A DNA stretch of 64,000 nt from Lingula anatina (taxonomy: Eukaryota; Animalia; Brachiopoda), in assembly GCA_051362555.1 (NCBI GenBank), contig CM120646.1, positions 9,424,001 through 9,488,000 of the forward strand. The letters run 5' to 3'. How positions within the stretch are numbered: position 1 is the stretch's first letter; the number at the start of each line of letters is the position of its first letter. The position numbers and the translations under genes are program-made. The notes under the pieces are model-generated. The model saw only the letters and a list, made by a program, of their open reading frames with translations, ran no database searches and had not been told where the DNA came from. Shown here piece by piece: positions 26,020 through 39,131 of this stretch.

Positions 26020-28048
26020 ATGTTCTCTGTTTTCAGCTGAGATGAAAGTGTCTTTTCTGGATTATCATCACACTGAGGACAGCAAAACTCATCATCATAT
26101 CAAGATCTACAACATTGCAGCCTCACCACTGGTTATTGCAACAGTGATACTGCTATATTTTGTTGTTCTCTTCTATCCCCTTTTGATCCTCACCATTTTA
26201 TATAGTTCCTGGGAAATTATCATTTTTCAAGGGTCACTTAGGGACTATCCCACAGATATTTGGATCGATCTATCTCCCTGGGAGTCAGACTTAATTGCTA
26301 TCAACTTAACTGGCTTAAATGTCTGTCAAGCTTAGTAAAGCCGTAAGGGGGTAATTATCTTAACCCCCTAGCTGATTCAATACTCCTTGCAGACAATTAA
26401 GCCGCTTAAGATGATAGCAATCTAGTGAGACTCCGTGGGGAGTTAGACCAATCCAGATGGATTGATCAAGGCTTGGGAACCCAGTCTAAAATCCCACTCA
26501 GTTTTATATGTGTTCAAATTGACAGTGGTTTATGTGAACTCGCAGGGGTTGGGGTGAGAAAAATATGTATATAAACAAAATTTACTGCAAATTATCATTT
26601 GTTTAAAGCCTCACTTAAATCTCACAGAGTCTTATGTATGTTCAAAGTCAAAAGGGTTAATATGAACTCGGGAGTGTGAACTAGAATTTCTAACAGACAT
26701 TCCAAACCCTATATATGAACATTAAGTTTAATATTTATATTCTCATGCCTTGCAGTGCATTGTGTGCAGTGTAACTTTATATATTCTGCTTATATGTATG
26801 TTTAAATATAATCTGATCTCTGTATTATATCTGTGTTGTATCTACTGTATGAGTCTGCATATGTTGTTTATTGATGATTTGTTTTCTGATTTCAGCAGAG
26901 ATGAAGGTATGTCTCCTGGAGTATCATCCAACTGAGTACAGTTAATTTATAAACTCATCATCAACAGCAAGATCTACAACCTTGCAGCCTCAGCACAGGT
27001 CAGTGCAACAATAATATTGCTATACTGGTGTTCTGGTCAATCCCTTTCTGACCATCATCACTATATATAGTACCCGGGAAATTATCATTTAGTAAAAGGG
27101 TCACTTAGAGTTTTATATGTTCTGAGTTAAAAGGGTTGATGTGAACTTCTTGGACGTGAGCAAAAATTTCTGACAGACATTCCAATTCCCATGTTTAACA
27201 TTAAATTTTACGTTTATATTCTGATGTCATTTGTGTACTGTATGTGTCTGTATATATTCTGATCACTATCTTTGTTTTGTTGCTGTATGTGTTTATACAT
27301 ATTTTGATCACTTTGATGTGTCTATTTTGTAACTGCTGTATTAGTCTGCATATATTCTTTATTGATGATATGTTCTCTGATTTCAGCAGATGGAAGGTAT
27401 GTCTCCCAGAATATCATCATACTGAGGGCAGCTAATTTATGAACGCATCATCGCCAGCAAGCTCTACAACCTTGCAGCCTCAGCACAGGTCAGTGCAACA
27501 ATGATATTGCTATACTTTGTTGTTTTCTTTAATCCCCTTTTAATCCTCACCACTATATTTAGTAGCTATGTAAATATCATTTTGTAAAAGGGCCACTTAG
27601 ATCGCACAGAGTTTTATATATGTTCTAATTGACAAGGGTTGATGTGAACTCATAGGCCGTATTCACATTGAGTTGAGCCATGGCTCTACAAAGCCACGAC
27701 CTGAATATGGCTGACATACATGAAAGGAAAACCGCCTAATCTTTTAATAGTCTCTCTGCTTCTCACACGCCTCCCCATGCGTTGTCCCTGCGGGGTACAG
27801 TCATGAAATCTCTGCTCCATTGGGACGACTAATGGGGAGGCGTGTGAGAGGCAGAGACAATTAAAAGATTAGGCAGTTTTCCTTTCATGTACGTCCTCCA
27901 TATTTAGGTCGTGGCTTTGTAGAGCCATGGCTCAACACGTTGTGAATGCGGCCATAGTGGTTGAGGTGGAAAGGGGCTGAGAAATAAATCTCTATATAGA
28001 AAATATTTCATGCTTACATTCTGATGCCTGTGCGCTGCCTGTTGTGAC
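26020..28048. repeat. Satellite block (same family as 2570-4847)
   Basis: Monomer marker near 26039, 26898 and 27387. Confidence 0.8.
27655..27953. mobile_element. Palindromic PIF/Harbinger-like MITE
   Basis: ATA|GGCCGTATTCACA ... TGTGAATGCGGCC|ATA; empty site GAACTTGTAGTGGTTGAGG near 37901. Confidence 0.85.
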
Positions 28049-28256
28049 TGTTATGGTTCTTAACACTATCGGTCAAGCTTATAGTAACCCCAACCCTCTG
28101 TCATCAATTATCCATTAAATAGCACTCTCACTAGTGTAGTATAAACAAGCTTAACATCAGTGATCCCTCTGATACACAGACACACATTGTATATATTTCA
28201 GCACACTTAGAAATAAAGTTAGTTGTAGTAGTCAAGTTCTTCTTGGAGTTGTTTCA
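28049..28256 (+). repeat. 5' LTR
   Basis: TGTTATGG...GTTTCA, appears identical to 32626-32833; contains TATAAA and AATAAA. Confidence 0.95.
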
Positions 28257-28269
28257 TGGTGTCAGAAGT
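28257..28269 (+). promoter_or_regulatory. Primer-binding site complementary to the 3' end of tRNA-Leu
   Basis: TGGTGTCAGAAGT directly after the LTR. Confidence 0.85.
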
Positions 28270-28340
28270 ACGTGACTGTGTTTTATAACAATACAGTGAG
28301 CCAACGCTGATAACCAGTTGATAAAAAAAAAGTCTTTCCA

Positions 28341-31300
28341 CATGGAGCTGGGAGCTTTACCAGTACCTGCCATGAACTGGCATGCTACCGATGCAGTTCA
28401 GGAGTACAAGAAGTTCAAACAGATGTGCGAGTTATACTTTGATGGTCCACTAAGTAACAAATCTAAGACTGAAAAGATTGCGTACCTCCAGATATGGGCT
28501 GGAGAGACTGGACGAGACCTAGTAAGCACATGGAACTTGACTGGGGATGAATCTAAGGAATTAAAAACCTACTTTGACAAATTTGAAGAATTTGTTAAGC
28601 CTAAAAGCAATTTTAGACTAGCCAGATTTAAGCTGAGGACCCTTACGCAAGGTAACGGGGAAACTGTAGATCAATTCTTGAAGAGAATTCGTTCTCTGGT
28701 CAGCGAGTGCAAGTATACCCAACCAGATGAACAAATACTTGACACGCTCATTTTTGGATGCAAATCAGCCCGCACGCAGTCCAAATTACTGGAATTGGGT
28801 GAAACTCTGTCATTGGACAAGGCGATCGACATTGCAAGAACTCAGGAAGCAACCTCGCAGCAACTCACAGACATCAGTCGAGACGCCCAGGTCCATGCAG
28901 TCAAGCACAACAAACCGTTTCGCCCTAAACCTACATTTAAAGGGACACATAAGAAGAGAGAAACTTCTACCATGGCCTCAAAGTGCCACCCCACAATGGA
29001 AAATCAGTGCAATAACTGTGGATCAAAACATGATCATAGTAAAAGAGAGCTGTGCCCAGCATACGGGTCCACATGCTTTGGCTGTGGGAAACTTAACCAC
29101 TGGAGTTGTTTCATGGTGTCAGAAGTGGAGAAAGTGCTGCCGCTCCGTGCACAAGCAGTCCACAATTCATCGTGGAAACAGGCCACACAGACACGCCGGC
29201 ACTCCCAAGCAGCAAATGCATAGAGTGCATGCCTGCAGCGAAGACGACTGTGAGCCACAAGAGAGCAACGAGCTATATTTTAGCCCAATATACGTGGGCA
29301 GCATTGAAAGCAAGCATGCTTTCATTAACCTGAAAATCAGCTCTGAGCAAAAAAGTATCACTTTTCCGTGCAAAGTTGATACTGGTGCCGATGGAAACCT
29401 AATCACGAAGAAAGACTATGCCAAATTATGCCCTAATAATACCAATTTGAAACCATCTGGCGTCAAAATTGTAGCCTTTGGTGGTCAACGCATACCTCAT
29501 TATGGATCATGCACCTTGACACTGACGTATGGAGGTTCAAATACTGAGCATGAATTTCACGTTGTCGAAACCAATGGGCCGACTATCCTAGGCATAGACA
29601 CCTGCCAGAAACTAGGCTTAGTTACACTTAACTATGCTGTTGATCTGGAGGACATACAGCACTCCAATGCTAACAATGCACTTCTGGAACAGTACCCCGA
29701 CTGTTTCCAAGGCATTGGCTGTTTTAAAGGGGAATACCACATTACCCTTGATCCCTCGGTGCCACCAGTGGTGCATCCACCACGCCGCGTACCAGAAGCG
29801 TTACGTGAGCCTCTCAAAACGGAGCTCGAGTCTCTTGAAAAGAAAGGCATCATCGCTAAAGTAGAGGAGCCAACAGACTGGGTCAACTCGTTAGTCTGTG
29901 TCACAAAGGCTGATGGCAGCATACGCCTGTGCCTAGACCCAAAAGATCTAAATGCAGCAATAAAAAGGCCACATCATCGAATCCCAAGCTTTGACGAAAT
30001 TTTACCAAGGCTTAGCGGAGCCCGCTATTTCTCAATTCTGGATGCTCGTAGTGGTTACTGGAACATTAAACTTGACCATGAGAGTTCACTGTACACCACT
30101 TTCAATTCACCTCACGGTCGATACCGTTTCCTACGACTTCCATTTGGCCTTGTATGCGCCCAAGATGTTTTCCAGAAAAAGGTGGATGAAGCCTTCGGAG
30201 ACCTAGACGGAATTACAGGAATCATTGACGACATCGTTGTCCATGGGAAAACCAAAGAGGAGCACGACAGAAATTTGCATCTCCTCATGGATCGTGCCAG
30301 AAAAATAGGCATCCGTTTCAATCCAGATAAAATGCGCATCAGATGCAGCGAAATTCCATTCTTTGGAAACATACTCAGTTCGGAGGGTCTACAACCTGAC
30401 CCGAAGAAAGTGGAATCCATCCACAGCATGGATCTGTCCAGCAACCTCGCCGATCTTCAAACGTTTCTTGGCCTCACCCAGTACCTCAGCAGGTTCATAC
30501 CCAACCTGGCTTCCATTTCAGCAGTACTGTGGGGCTTAACTAAGAGCAAGAATGAGTTCGTTTGGAGCCCAGAGCATCAGGCTGCAGTAGAGAAAATCAA
30601 ATCTGTCATCACCTCACCAGAAACATTGCAATATTTTGACAGTAGCAAACCTGTAACGATTCAGGTTGACGCGTCGCAGCGCGGCCTCGGCGCCACTTTG
30701 ATGCAGAACAATCGCCCTGTCGAATACAGGAGCAAATTACTAACAGAAACCGAGACGCGGTATTCAAACATAGAGCGTGAAATGCTTGCAGTTGTACATG
30801 GATTAGAGAAGTTCCATTACTACGCTTATGGCCGTAAAGTCACTGTTGAAAGTGATCATAAGCCTCTCCAATCCATATTCCAGAAACGTGAACAATGCAC
30901 CTCCCAGAATCGCAAGGATGATGTTGCGCATTCAGAAATATGATGTAACAATCAAATATGTGCCTGGAAAGAACATTCCAATCGCTGATGCTCTTTCCAG
31001 ATTGTCAAAATGCGAAGGTGACACCATTCAAGGTGTAGATGTCACAGTGCATGAGATCGACATGCAGCTGAATGCAAGCCCCACCAGACTAAAGCAGATC
31101 CGAGAAGAAACGTCCAAGGACGAGACGCTTCACTCTCTTCGAAACTTCATCACAAACGGATGGCCAAACACTAGGTCAGAGTGTCCATCGCACCTCCACG
31201 ACTATTGGAATTACCGTGATGAATTGTCAGTATTTGATGGCCTTATTCTAAAAGGAACAAGAATCCTGATCCCAACAACGCTTCAAGCAGCAGTGTTAGA

Positions 31301-32408
31301 ACAGTTACACTATGCTCATCAAGGAGCTGAAAAGTGCAAACTCCGTGCCAAAGGATCTGTATTCTGGGTCAACATTAATCGAGACATCGAAAACATGGTT
31401 AAAGCATGTGCACCATGCCAACACAACCAGAAGGCAAACGTCAAACAATCGCTAATGCCACACGACGTACCACAAAAACCATGGCACACACTGGGAGCAG
31501 ACTTATTTTTCATTGACAATGGCAGTTACTTGCTCATATCTGACTATAACAGCAAATTTCCAGTAGTCAGAAAGCTGAACAATTTGCAGTCCAACACTAC
31601 CATTGCTCACATGAAATCAATCTTTGAAGAATTCGGAATCCCGAGAAAGCTTATCACTGGAAATGACACTCAGTTTACTTCGGCTGAATTCCAGAAATTT
31701 AGCCACGATTATGGCTTCGAGCACGTCCAAACAAGCCCCCACTATTCACAGGCCAATGGATTTATTGAACGAGCTGTTCAAACTGTTAAAAATCTGCTGA
31801 TTAAATGCAAGGAAGCTAAAACCGATCCTCATATGGCCATGTTGTGCCTTAGATGCACACCATTAGATCACAACATACCATCACCAGCAGAACTCTTAAA
31901 TTCTCGTGCTTATGATACCAATCTTCCTGCCATCCAACCCCACCTGTCACATGCCTCTTACGACGGTGAAATAAATGCATACATGCAAAGAAAAAAGGAT
32001 AAAGAAAAGAGCAGATATGATCAGTCAGCCAGAAATCTATCTGACCTACTTCCTGGTCAGCATGTGAGAGTACGACATCCCCAGAGTCACAAATGGGAAC
32101 CAGCAATTGTAGATTCTACGAGACCAAACAGGAGCTATGTTGTAAAAACTAACAATGGTGGTCAGTATGTACGCAATCGTATACACATACGTCCAACAGG
32201 AGAGAAATTCAATCAATCTGACTTTGAAAACACCCATTTGCAAAATCATTCACCAAGCAATGATCAGGAGTCCCGCTTTGAGAATTCAGAAGCAGCTCAG
32301 AACAAACAAGTGCCAAACACTGTGGATAACACTGTACCCCAATCACCAGTGCCATCTCCACGACGATCTACTAGAATAACAAAAGCACCTGATAGACTGA
32401 ACTTGTAA
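28341..32408 (+). pseudogene. gag-pol polyprotein broken by two frameshifts (~29106-29130 and ~30885)
   Basis: Tandem zinc knuckles CNNCGSKH..C / CFGCGKLNHW; protease VDTGA; RT LDARSGYW, RLPFGL, IIDD; RNase H DAS..GLG, EREMLA, DHKPL; integrase H.AH.G..C..C, GADLF, SQANGFIERAV. Confidence 0.93.
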
Positions 32409-32610
32409 CTTGTACATATGCATGAACAATGTCATATAGCTCTACTAGCTAGGATTTTATTTATCACTGTATTTACTTTATTTTACTCACTTAAACTACA
32501 TGCTTCACATGTGAGACTTCTCTTGCACAAGGTATTACTCAAGAAATCAAAAAGACATTTATTCAGTGTTGCCACTATCAACCCTTGATTTAGCACCGAT
32601 TATCTTTTCT

Positions 32611-32625
32611 AAAGGAAGAAGGGGA
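32611..32625 (+). promoter_or_regulatory. Polypurine tract
   Basis: AAAGGAAGAAGGGGA directly before the 3' LTR. Confidence 0.9.
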
Positions 32626-32833
32626 TGTTATGGTTCTTAACACTATCGGTCAAGCTTATAGTAACCCCAACCCTCTGTCATCAATTATCCATTAAATAGC
32701 ACTCTCACTAGTGTAGTATAAACAAGCTTAACATCAGTGATCCCTCTGATACACAGACACACATTGTATATATTTCAGCACACTTAGAAATAAAGTTAGT
32801 TGTAGTAGTCAAGTTCTTCTTGGAGTTGTTTCA
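32626..32833 (+). repeat. 3' LTR
   Basis: Direct repeat of 28049-28256. Confidence 0.95.
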
Positions 32834-33354
32834 GTGACACTTAAATTTATGTGTCTCTATGTATTCTGATCACTATGCATGTTTGTTTTGTCACTGTATG
32901 TGTTTATACATATTTTGATCACTGTGATGCATCTATGTTGTAACTGCTGTATATTTCTGCATATATTCTTCATTGATGATGTATTCTCTGATTTCAGCAG
33001 AGATGAAGGTGAGTCTCTGATTATCATCATTCTGAGGACAGCTAAACGCGTCATCACATCAAGATGTACAATGCTGCAGCCTCAGCACAGGTCAGTACAA
33101 CAATGATATTGCTAAACTTTGTTCTTCTCTTTATCCTTTTTGACCCTCACCAGTTTTTATAGTTTCTTGAAAATTTTCATTTTGTAATAAGGTCACTGAG
33201 GGAGTCTGACTAAATTGCTTTCAACTTAACTGGCTTAAATGTCTGTCACACCTGGTAAAGCTGTTAGGTGGTAATTATCTTTACCCCCTAGCTAGTTTCC
33301 TAGGGAGTTAGACCGATGCAGATGGATCGATCTAGGCTTGGAAACCCAGTCTTA

Positions 33355-33569
33355 GGCTCTGTTCTCACAACTTTTAGATCGATCTATCACCGCGGGGAGT
33401 CTCACTAGATTACTGTCAGATAATCCGCCTTAAGTGTCCGTCCCCGCCTACTACAAGCTTTAAGGGGTAATTAACTTTCGTGTCCGCCCGGCTGACAGCT
33501 ATTTAGCGTGAACCCCCAGGGAGTTAGGTCGATCTAAAGTAGGTCGATCTAATCTATGGAAATGGGGTG
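33355..33569. mobile_element. ~215 bp Harbinger-like MITE (TTA TSD), related to 47061-47286 with the core inverted
   Basis: TTA|GGCTCTG...ATGGGGTG|TTA; empty site CCCAGTCTTAGATCTCAC at ~3212-3229. Confidence 0.82.
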
Positions 33570-33779
33570 TTAGATCTCACTCAGTTTTACATATCTTCAA
33601 ATTCACAAGGGTTGATATGAACTTTTAGGGTTTGGGGTGGGGTTGTGATGAGAAAAATCTGTATATAGATGAAATATCCTGCATACATTCTGATGCCTAT
33701 GTGCTTCTTGTTGTGACACTTTGTATCTGTATATATTCTGATCACTATCTATGTTTGTTTTGTAACTTTACATGTATAT

Positions 33780-35913
33780 TAGTCATTCTTTGCTAGTGGT
33801 GCACTGCAAGGGGGCCATAACAAGAATGTTATTTAAATTTAGATAGCCAACCAAATTCTCATGACATCGTTGTGTATGTTTCAATAACAAATCAAAGAAG
33901 CTGCATGAGCAAGGAGGATGTTGTTATAAAAGCAAAAAAATAGAAAAAGCAGAAAATATATCGAAATAACCCTCAAAATGGCGTCCTTTTTTGTGGAATT
34001 TTGACCCTACCTCTATTTAAGAACAGTTTGTTTAGGCTTTGAATGGATTATTGAAGCAGGAAATACATCTACTGCAAGAAGATATAATAAACAGAATGTG
34101 CAAATTGTTATTTAAATAAAAATTTATTTGAAGTCACTGAAAAATGATCACAAAATTAGCTTAACTTACGATACATGCGGTGTCCCACCCCGATGAAAAT
34201 TTCATCTAATCCTATCTTTCCGTATTAAAACTGTTCAATCGTCCAAAGTAGTATGTCGGTTAGTTTGTGTCACGAAGTCCATGATAATATCAGTTTTCTT
34301 AAGAATTTCACATTTATTGCTCAGCAAGGTCGATTTTTCTTCACCGCGTCCCAATATAACGTTCGCAACGCTGAAACTTCAGAGATCGATTTTTATCAGA
34401 CGACTTTAAAATGCCGCGTGAAAATTATACATCGATAGCGATCTTCTTCCATACTCACTAACTGATGACGTCTTACACACGAATGGCTTCTTTTGCACAC
34501 TAAAAAAACCAGCTCAAACTGGCGGGTGGCCCATTCTGATAACATGTCACGCAATGACGCTGTCGAGATAGGATGCAGGGCACAGGTGTAATTCCCTCGA
34601 TTTAACCGTCACAGGATTGTTTATTGGGATCTTCTTTGTATGAAGGTGAGAAATAATGAGTTTCGTTTAATTTTTCTTCAATTGTTTCAACATATTTGTG
34701 TACTGATTGATTTTTACCATTCTATAAGTAGGGTGACTTCGTCTGAACTTTCGTTTTGCGTCTGTTTCACATGGGGGACTAAAGGTCATATTGAACATGG
34801 TGACGCGGTGATACCGTATTCATGTTCTCTTGTTCTCGAAAACTCAATCATCGAAATTGAATTACTTTTTTTTAGTTTTGTCTTAAATTAAGCTGCTACA
34901 CTGTATTCCGTGCGTTTAAAATTTAACCGTCTGTAAAAACAGCAATAATGGATTACTAGCAACACTTACGTTACGGCGCAATGAAGCACCGAAAATGGGT
35001 GAAGAAAATGTGTCTCAGTAATGCGTGTTTGCCACTCATAATGCACTGTACTTTGTTTGAATAAGCAATAAACTATTTGTGATCTTAGGTTATCCATTGT
35101 TCGTTATCAGAGTTAACAGATTCTTTGTGTGATTTATTTTCAGAATCCCAAGAGTGGATGCCTTAGTGAGCACAGAACAGATATCACCATTGGTCTACAT
35201 ATGTCAGGAAGAATGTTATAATTATGAACTTTGTGTTACACTGAACTTCATTTTGTTAAATTTTGTATTTAACTGAACTTTATTGTGTTAAAATAATAAT
35301 AAAAAAATAATAGTTCTGATAAAAAACTACAATCTGGAACATTCTTTAGATCAACTTTGTTCAGTGTGTGTCCCATATGACAGAGTTACAGTAAATAAAA
35401 TATGTGCATTATTCCTCTGTATTTGTCAATTCCATTTTAAAAGCATGTGAAAGTGGTGTGCCCCTCATGAATGAAGTGTGTATGGATAATAGCAAAAATA
35501 TTGTTATTATTTACATGATTATAAAAAGTTTTTGTACCCGCGTCAATAACGTTACCGTGACCCACATATTCACCATTTTTATTAATTATGAAATGTGGAT
35601 TAAATTCTTCAAAACCTGTTTTGAAGCATTGAGACAACACCCCCTTATGATTTAAACTAAAACTGAAAACATTCCATTAGACTTTCATTAGTTTGTGCAA
35701 AATATATTACCCAGGGTAACGCGTCTTGGATTTGGTGGGTATAGCTGTTCAACTCTCCTGTGTGCCCTAAAAAGGGCAGCTGCTGTTTCCCTTTTTATGA
35801 AATGATAAACTGTGATGGTGTAGCTATCACATCGCAAAATTACAGCTTCCCAGAGAAAGTTTGAAATTTTCGGTCAAATTCAACATTTTGTAACCACTAG
35901 CAAAGAATGACAG
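33780..35913. mobile_element. Non-autonomous TIR DNA transposon, superfamily uncertain (Academ- or Sola-like)
   Basis: GTCATTCTTTGCTAGTGGT / ACCACTAGCAAAGAATGAC 19 bp TIR core; ATAT on both sides; absent at the paralogous site near 3425. Confidence 0.78.
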
Positions 35914-36395
35914 ATATATATTTTTTTATCATTGTGTTATATCTGTGCTGTAACTACTGTATGTGTCTGCATATATTCTTTACTGACCATGGGTTCTCTG
36001 ATTTCAGGGGAGATGAAGGTATGTCTCCTGGATTATCATCAGGTAATTTCTCATCATCACTAGCAAGATCTACAACATCGCAACCTTAGCACAGGTCAAT
36101 GCAACGATAACATTGCTATATACTGGTGTTTTCATCAATCTGTTTTTGACCATTACCTCTATATTTAGTAGCTGTGACACAGCTGTAATTATCATTTTGT
36201 AAAAGAGCCACTTAGAGCTCAACAATTTTTATATATGTTCAAATCGGTATATTCTAATGCATGTGCACTGCTTGTTGTGACACTGTTGGTGTCTGTGCAT
36301 ATTCTGATTGCTATTTTGTTTGTTTTGTTGCTTTATGTTTATATATTTTGCTTGCCGCAATATGTTTGTGTTGTAACTATTGAATGTCTGCATAT

Positions 36396-37605
36396 GAAAA
36401 CTTTAGTGCCAAATAGCTTTGATACACTCCAATTTGCCTACCGCAGTAACAGAAGTGTAGACGATGCTCTTTCTATGTGTTTACACAAAGTTCTCGAACA
36501 TCTCGATTGTAAAAATGCCTATGTTAGAATTTTATTTGTTGACTATAGCTCAGCATTTAATACCAGCATTTTGTACCAAGCAAATTGTATTTTAAACTTT
36601 TGGATGATCTTAATTTTCCACCAGCACTCTGCGATTGGATTTTAGATTTTCTTTTAAACAGAAAACAGTCAGTAAAAGTCGGTTTTAACTTCTCGGACAC
36701 TATAAGTTTTAAACACTGGCACACCCCCAGGGCTGTGTCTTAGCACCTTGTTTATATACGTTATTCACCCACGACTGTGTGGCGAGGGAGGAAAATACAT
36801 TTTTAATGAAGTTTGCCGATGACACAACTTTAGTCGGCTTGATACACCATAATGATGAGATGTCATACAGGCAGTCGGTTACAAGTTTAGTAAATTGGTG
36901 CACAGACAATGACTTGATATTAAATGTGAGCAAAACCAAAGAAATGATCATAGACTTCAGAAGAAATCAGATAAGTAAAAATCCCTTGGAAGTTAACGGT
37001 AAAGCGGTCGAACAGGTTTCTAATTATAAATTACTAGGGGTTCAGCTGAATAATAGGTTAACCTAGGGCGATAACATCATGAAGCTATTGAAAAAGGCAT
37101 GTCAACGAATGTATTTCTTAAGGAAATTGAAAGCTTTTACCAGTAATGTGTTTATTTTAACGAACTTTTACAGGTGTGTTTTAGAGAGTATTTTAACTTA
37201 TTCAGTAACTGTTTGGTATGGACGTGCAACTGTGGAGGAGAGGAACAAGTTGGAAAAGATCGTCGAAACTGCAGGGATTGTAATTGGAACAGATCTAACT
37301 CCCATCCATACTATTTATCTAGACAGGACTAAAAAGAAAACATTATCAATAATGACAGACAGTTCCCATCCAGCCCATACCCTTTTTAAATTTTTACCTA
37401 GCAATTCGAGACTCTTAGCTTTTAAGGGCAGTAAGCGATTTTTAAATAGCTTTTATCCTTCGGCAGTAACTATTTTTAACTCTAACATGTAATTTTAATT
37501 TTCATTCTTTATATTTCAATGGCGCTACTACAGGGCAAAAGATTCCCGATTTTATATATTTGTATTTTATTGGCTTAATAAATTATTATTATTATTATTA
37601 TTATT
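36396..37605 (+). mobile_element. 5'-truncated Rex1/Babar-like LINE (RT pseudogene) with (ATT)n tail
   Basis: [64 protein letters not shown]; AATAAA then ATT repeats; absent near 3915. Confidence 0.9.
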
Positions 37606-39131
37606 ATATATTCTTTATTGATGATTTGTTCTTTGATTTCAGGAGAGATGAAGGTGTATCTCTGATTATCATCATACTGAGGGCAACTAATTTATGAACT
37701 CATCATCGCCAGCAAGATCTATAACCTCGCAGCCTCAGCGCATGTCAGTGAAACGATAATATTGCTATACTTTGTTGTTTTCTTTAATCCCCTTTTAACC
37801 CTCACCACTATATTTAGTAGCTGTGTAATTATGATTTTGTAAAAGGGCCACTTAGATCGCATGGATTTTTATATATGTTCTAATTGACAAGGGTTGATGT
37901 GAACTTGTAGTGGTTGAGGTGGGATGGGGCTGAGAAAAAGTCTCTATACAGAAAATATTTCATGCATACATTCTGATGCCTGTGCACTGCCTGTTGTGAT
38001 GCTTTATGTGTCTCTATATATTCTGATCACTATGCATGTTTGTTTTGTCGCTGTATGTGTTTATATATAATTTGATATGTACTCTTTATGTAGCATGTCC
38101 TTGTTCCAAAAGATGTAGCATGTCCTTCTAGCTTCTCACAATAGGTTTTGGAGGCTGGTCAGACTTCTGTCTTGCATGGGATAGCATGTGTCCCTTTACA
38201 AATACACTTTTTCTTCGTTTTTTCCAGCTGCCTTTACCGTACAGCAGAGATGAAGGTGTATCTCTGATTATCATCATACTGAAGACAGCTAAACTGGTCA
38301 TCACATCAAGATCTACAACATTGCAGCCTCAGCACAGGTCAATGCAACAATGATATTGATGTACTTTGTTGTTCTCTTCAATCCCCTTTTGACCCTCACC
38401 ACTTTTTATAGTTCCTGGAAAATTATCAATTTGTAAAAAGGTCACTTTGGGGCCATTCCAACAGATATTTTGAGTGCTCTCTCTCCCTGGGAAGTCTGAC
38501 TAAATTGCTATCAACTTAACCAGCTTCTATGTCTGTCACACCTAGTAAAGCTGTTAGGTGGTAATTATCTTTACCCCCTAGCTAATTTGATAGGCGTGAC
38601 TATCAATCTAGCCAGTTAAGTTGATAGCAATCTAATGAGACTCCCTAGGGAGTTGGACTGATCCAGATGGATCGATCTAAGCATGGGAACCCAGTCTTAG
38701 ATCCCACTCAGTTTTATATAGCTTCAAATTGACAAGGGTTAATATGGGTTGGGGTGGGATGACACTGAGAAAAAATTTGTACATAGATTAAATTTCCTGC
38801 ATACATTCTGATGCCTGTGCACTGCCTGTTGTGACACTGTTTGTGTCTGTATATATTCTGATCACTATCTATGTTTGTTTTGTAGCTTAATGTTGATGTT
38901 TGTTTTGATCACTCACACTGTGTAATAATTGTGTTGTAACTACTGTAGGGCAGAAACCACTAAATCAACCAATCACTGACTGTCATAGACAAATGTAGTT
39001 CAGTGAGAAAAAATTAGTGCTTTTTTTCATTATATTTTTAAGTTTTAAGACTAGAAGAAAGACCAACAAACTTTTTTATATTTCACAACCAATTTATTAC
39101 AGAGTAGTATCTTGAAATCATACATTTTCTT

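Larger units (their letters stand above)
28049..32833 (+). mobile_element. Full-length Ty3/Gypsy LTR retrotransposon (Mag-like)
   Basis: 208 bp TG...CA LTRs, 5 bp TSD GTGAC (28044-28048, 32834-32838), PBS, PPT, domain order gag-PR-RT-RH-IN; empty site TTGTGACGCTTAAAT near 2658. Confidence 0.97.
32834..38946. repeat. Satellite block paralogous to 2660-4840, interrupted by several insertions
   Basis: Colinear near-identity with 2660-4840 once insertions are removed. Confidence 0.85.

Noticed and set aside
28727-29223. Gag/pol overlap as a programmed ribosomal frameshift
   Set aside because: Explained by the 25 nt insertion at 29106-29130
2570-38946. CRISPR-like reading of repeats separated by unique DNA
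   Set aside because: Repeats are hundreds of bp, the intervening DNA is TSD-flanked transposons, there are no cas genes, and the context is eukaryotic
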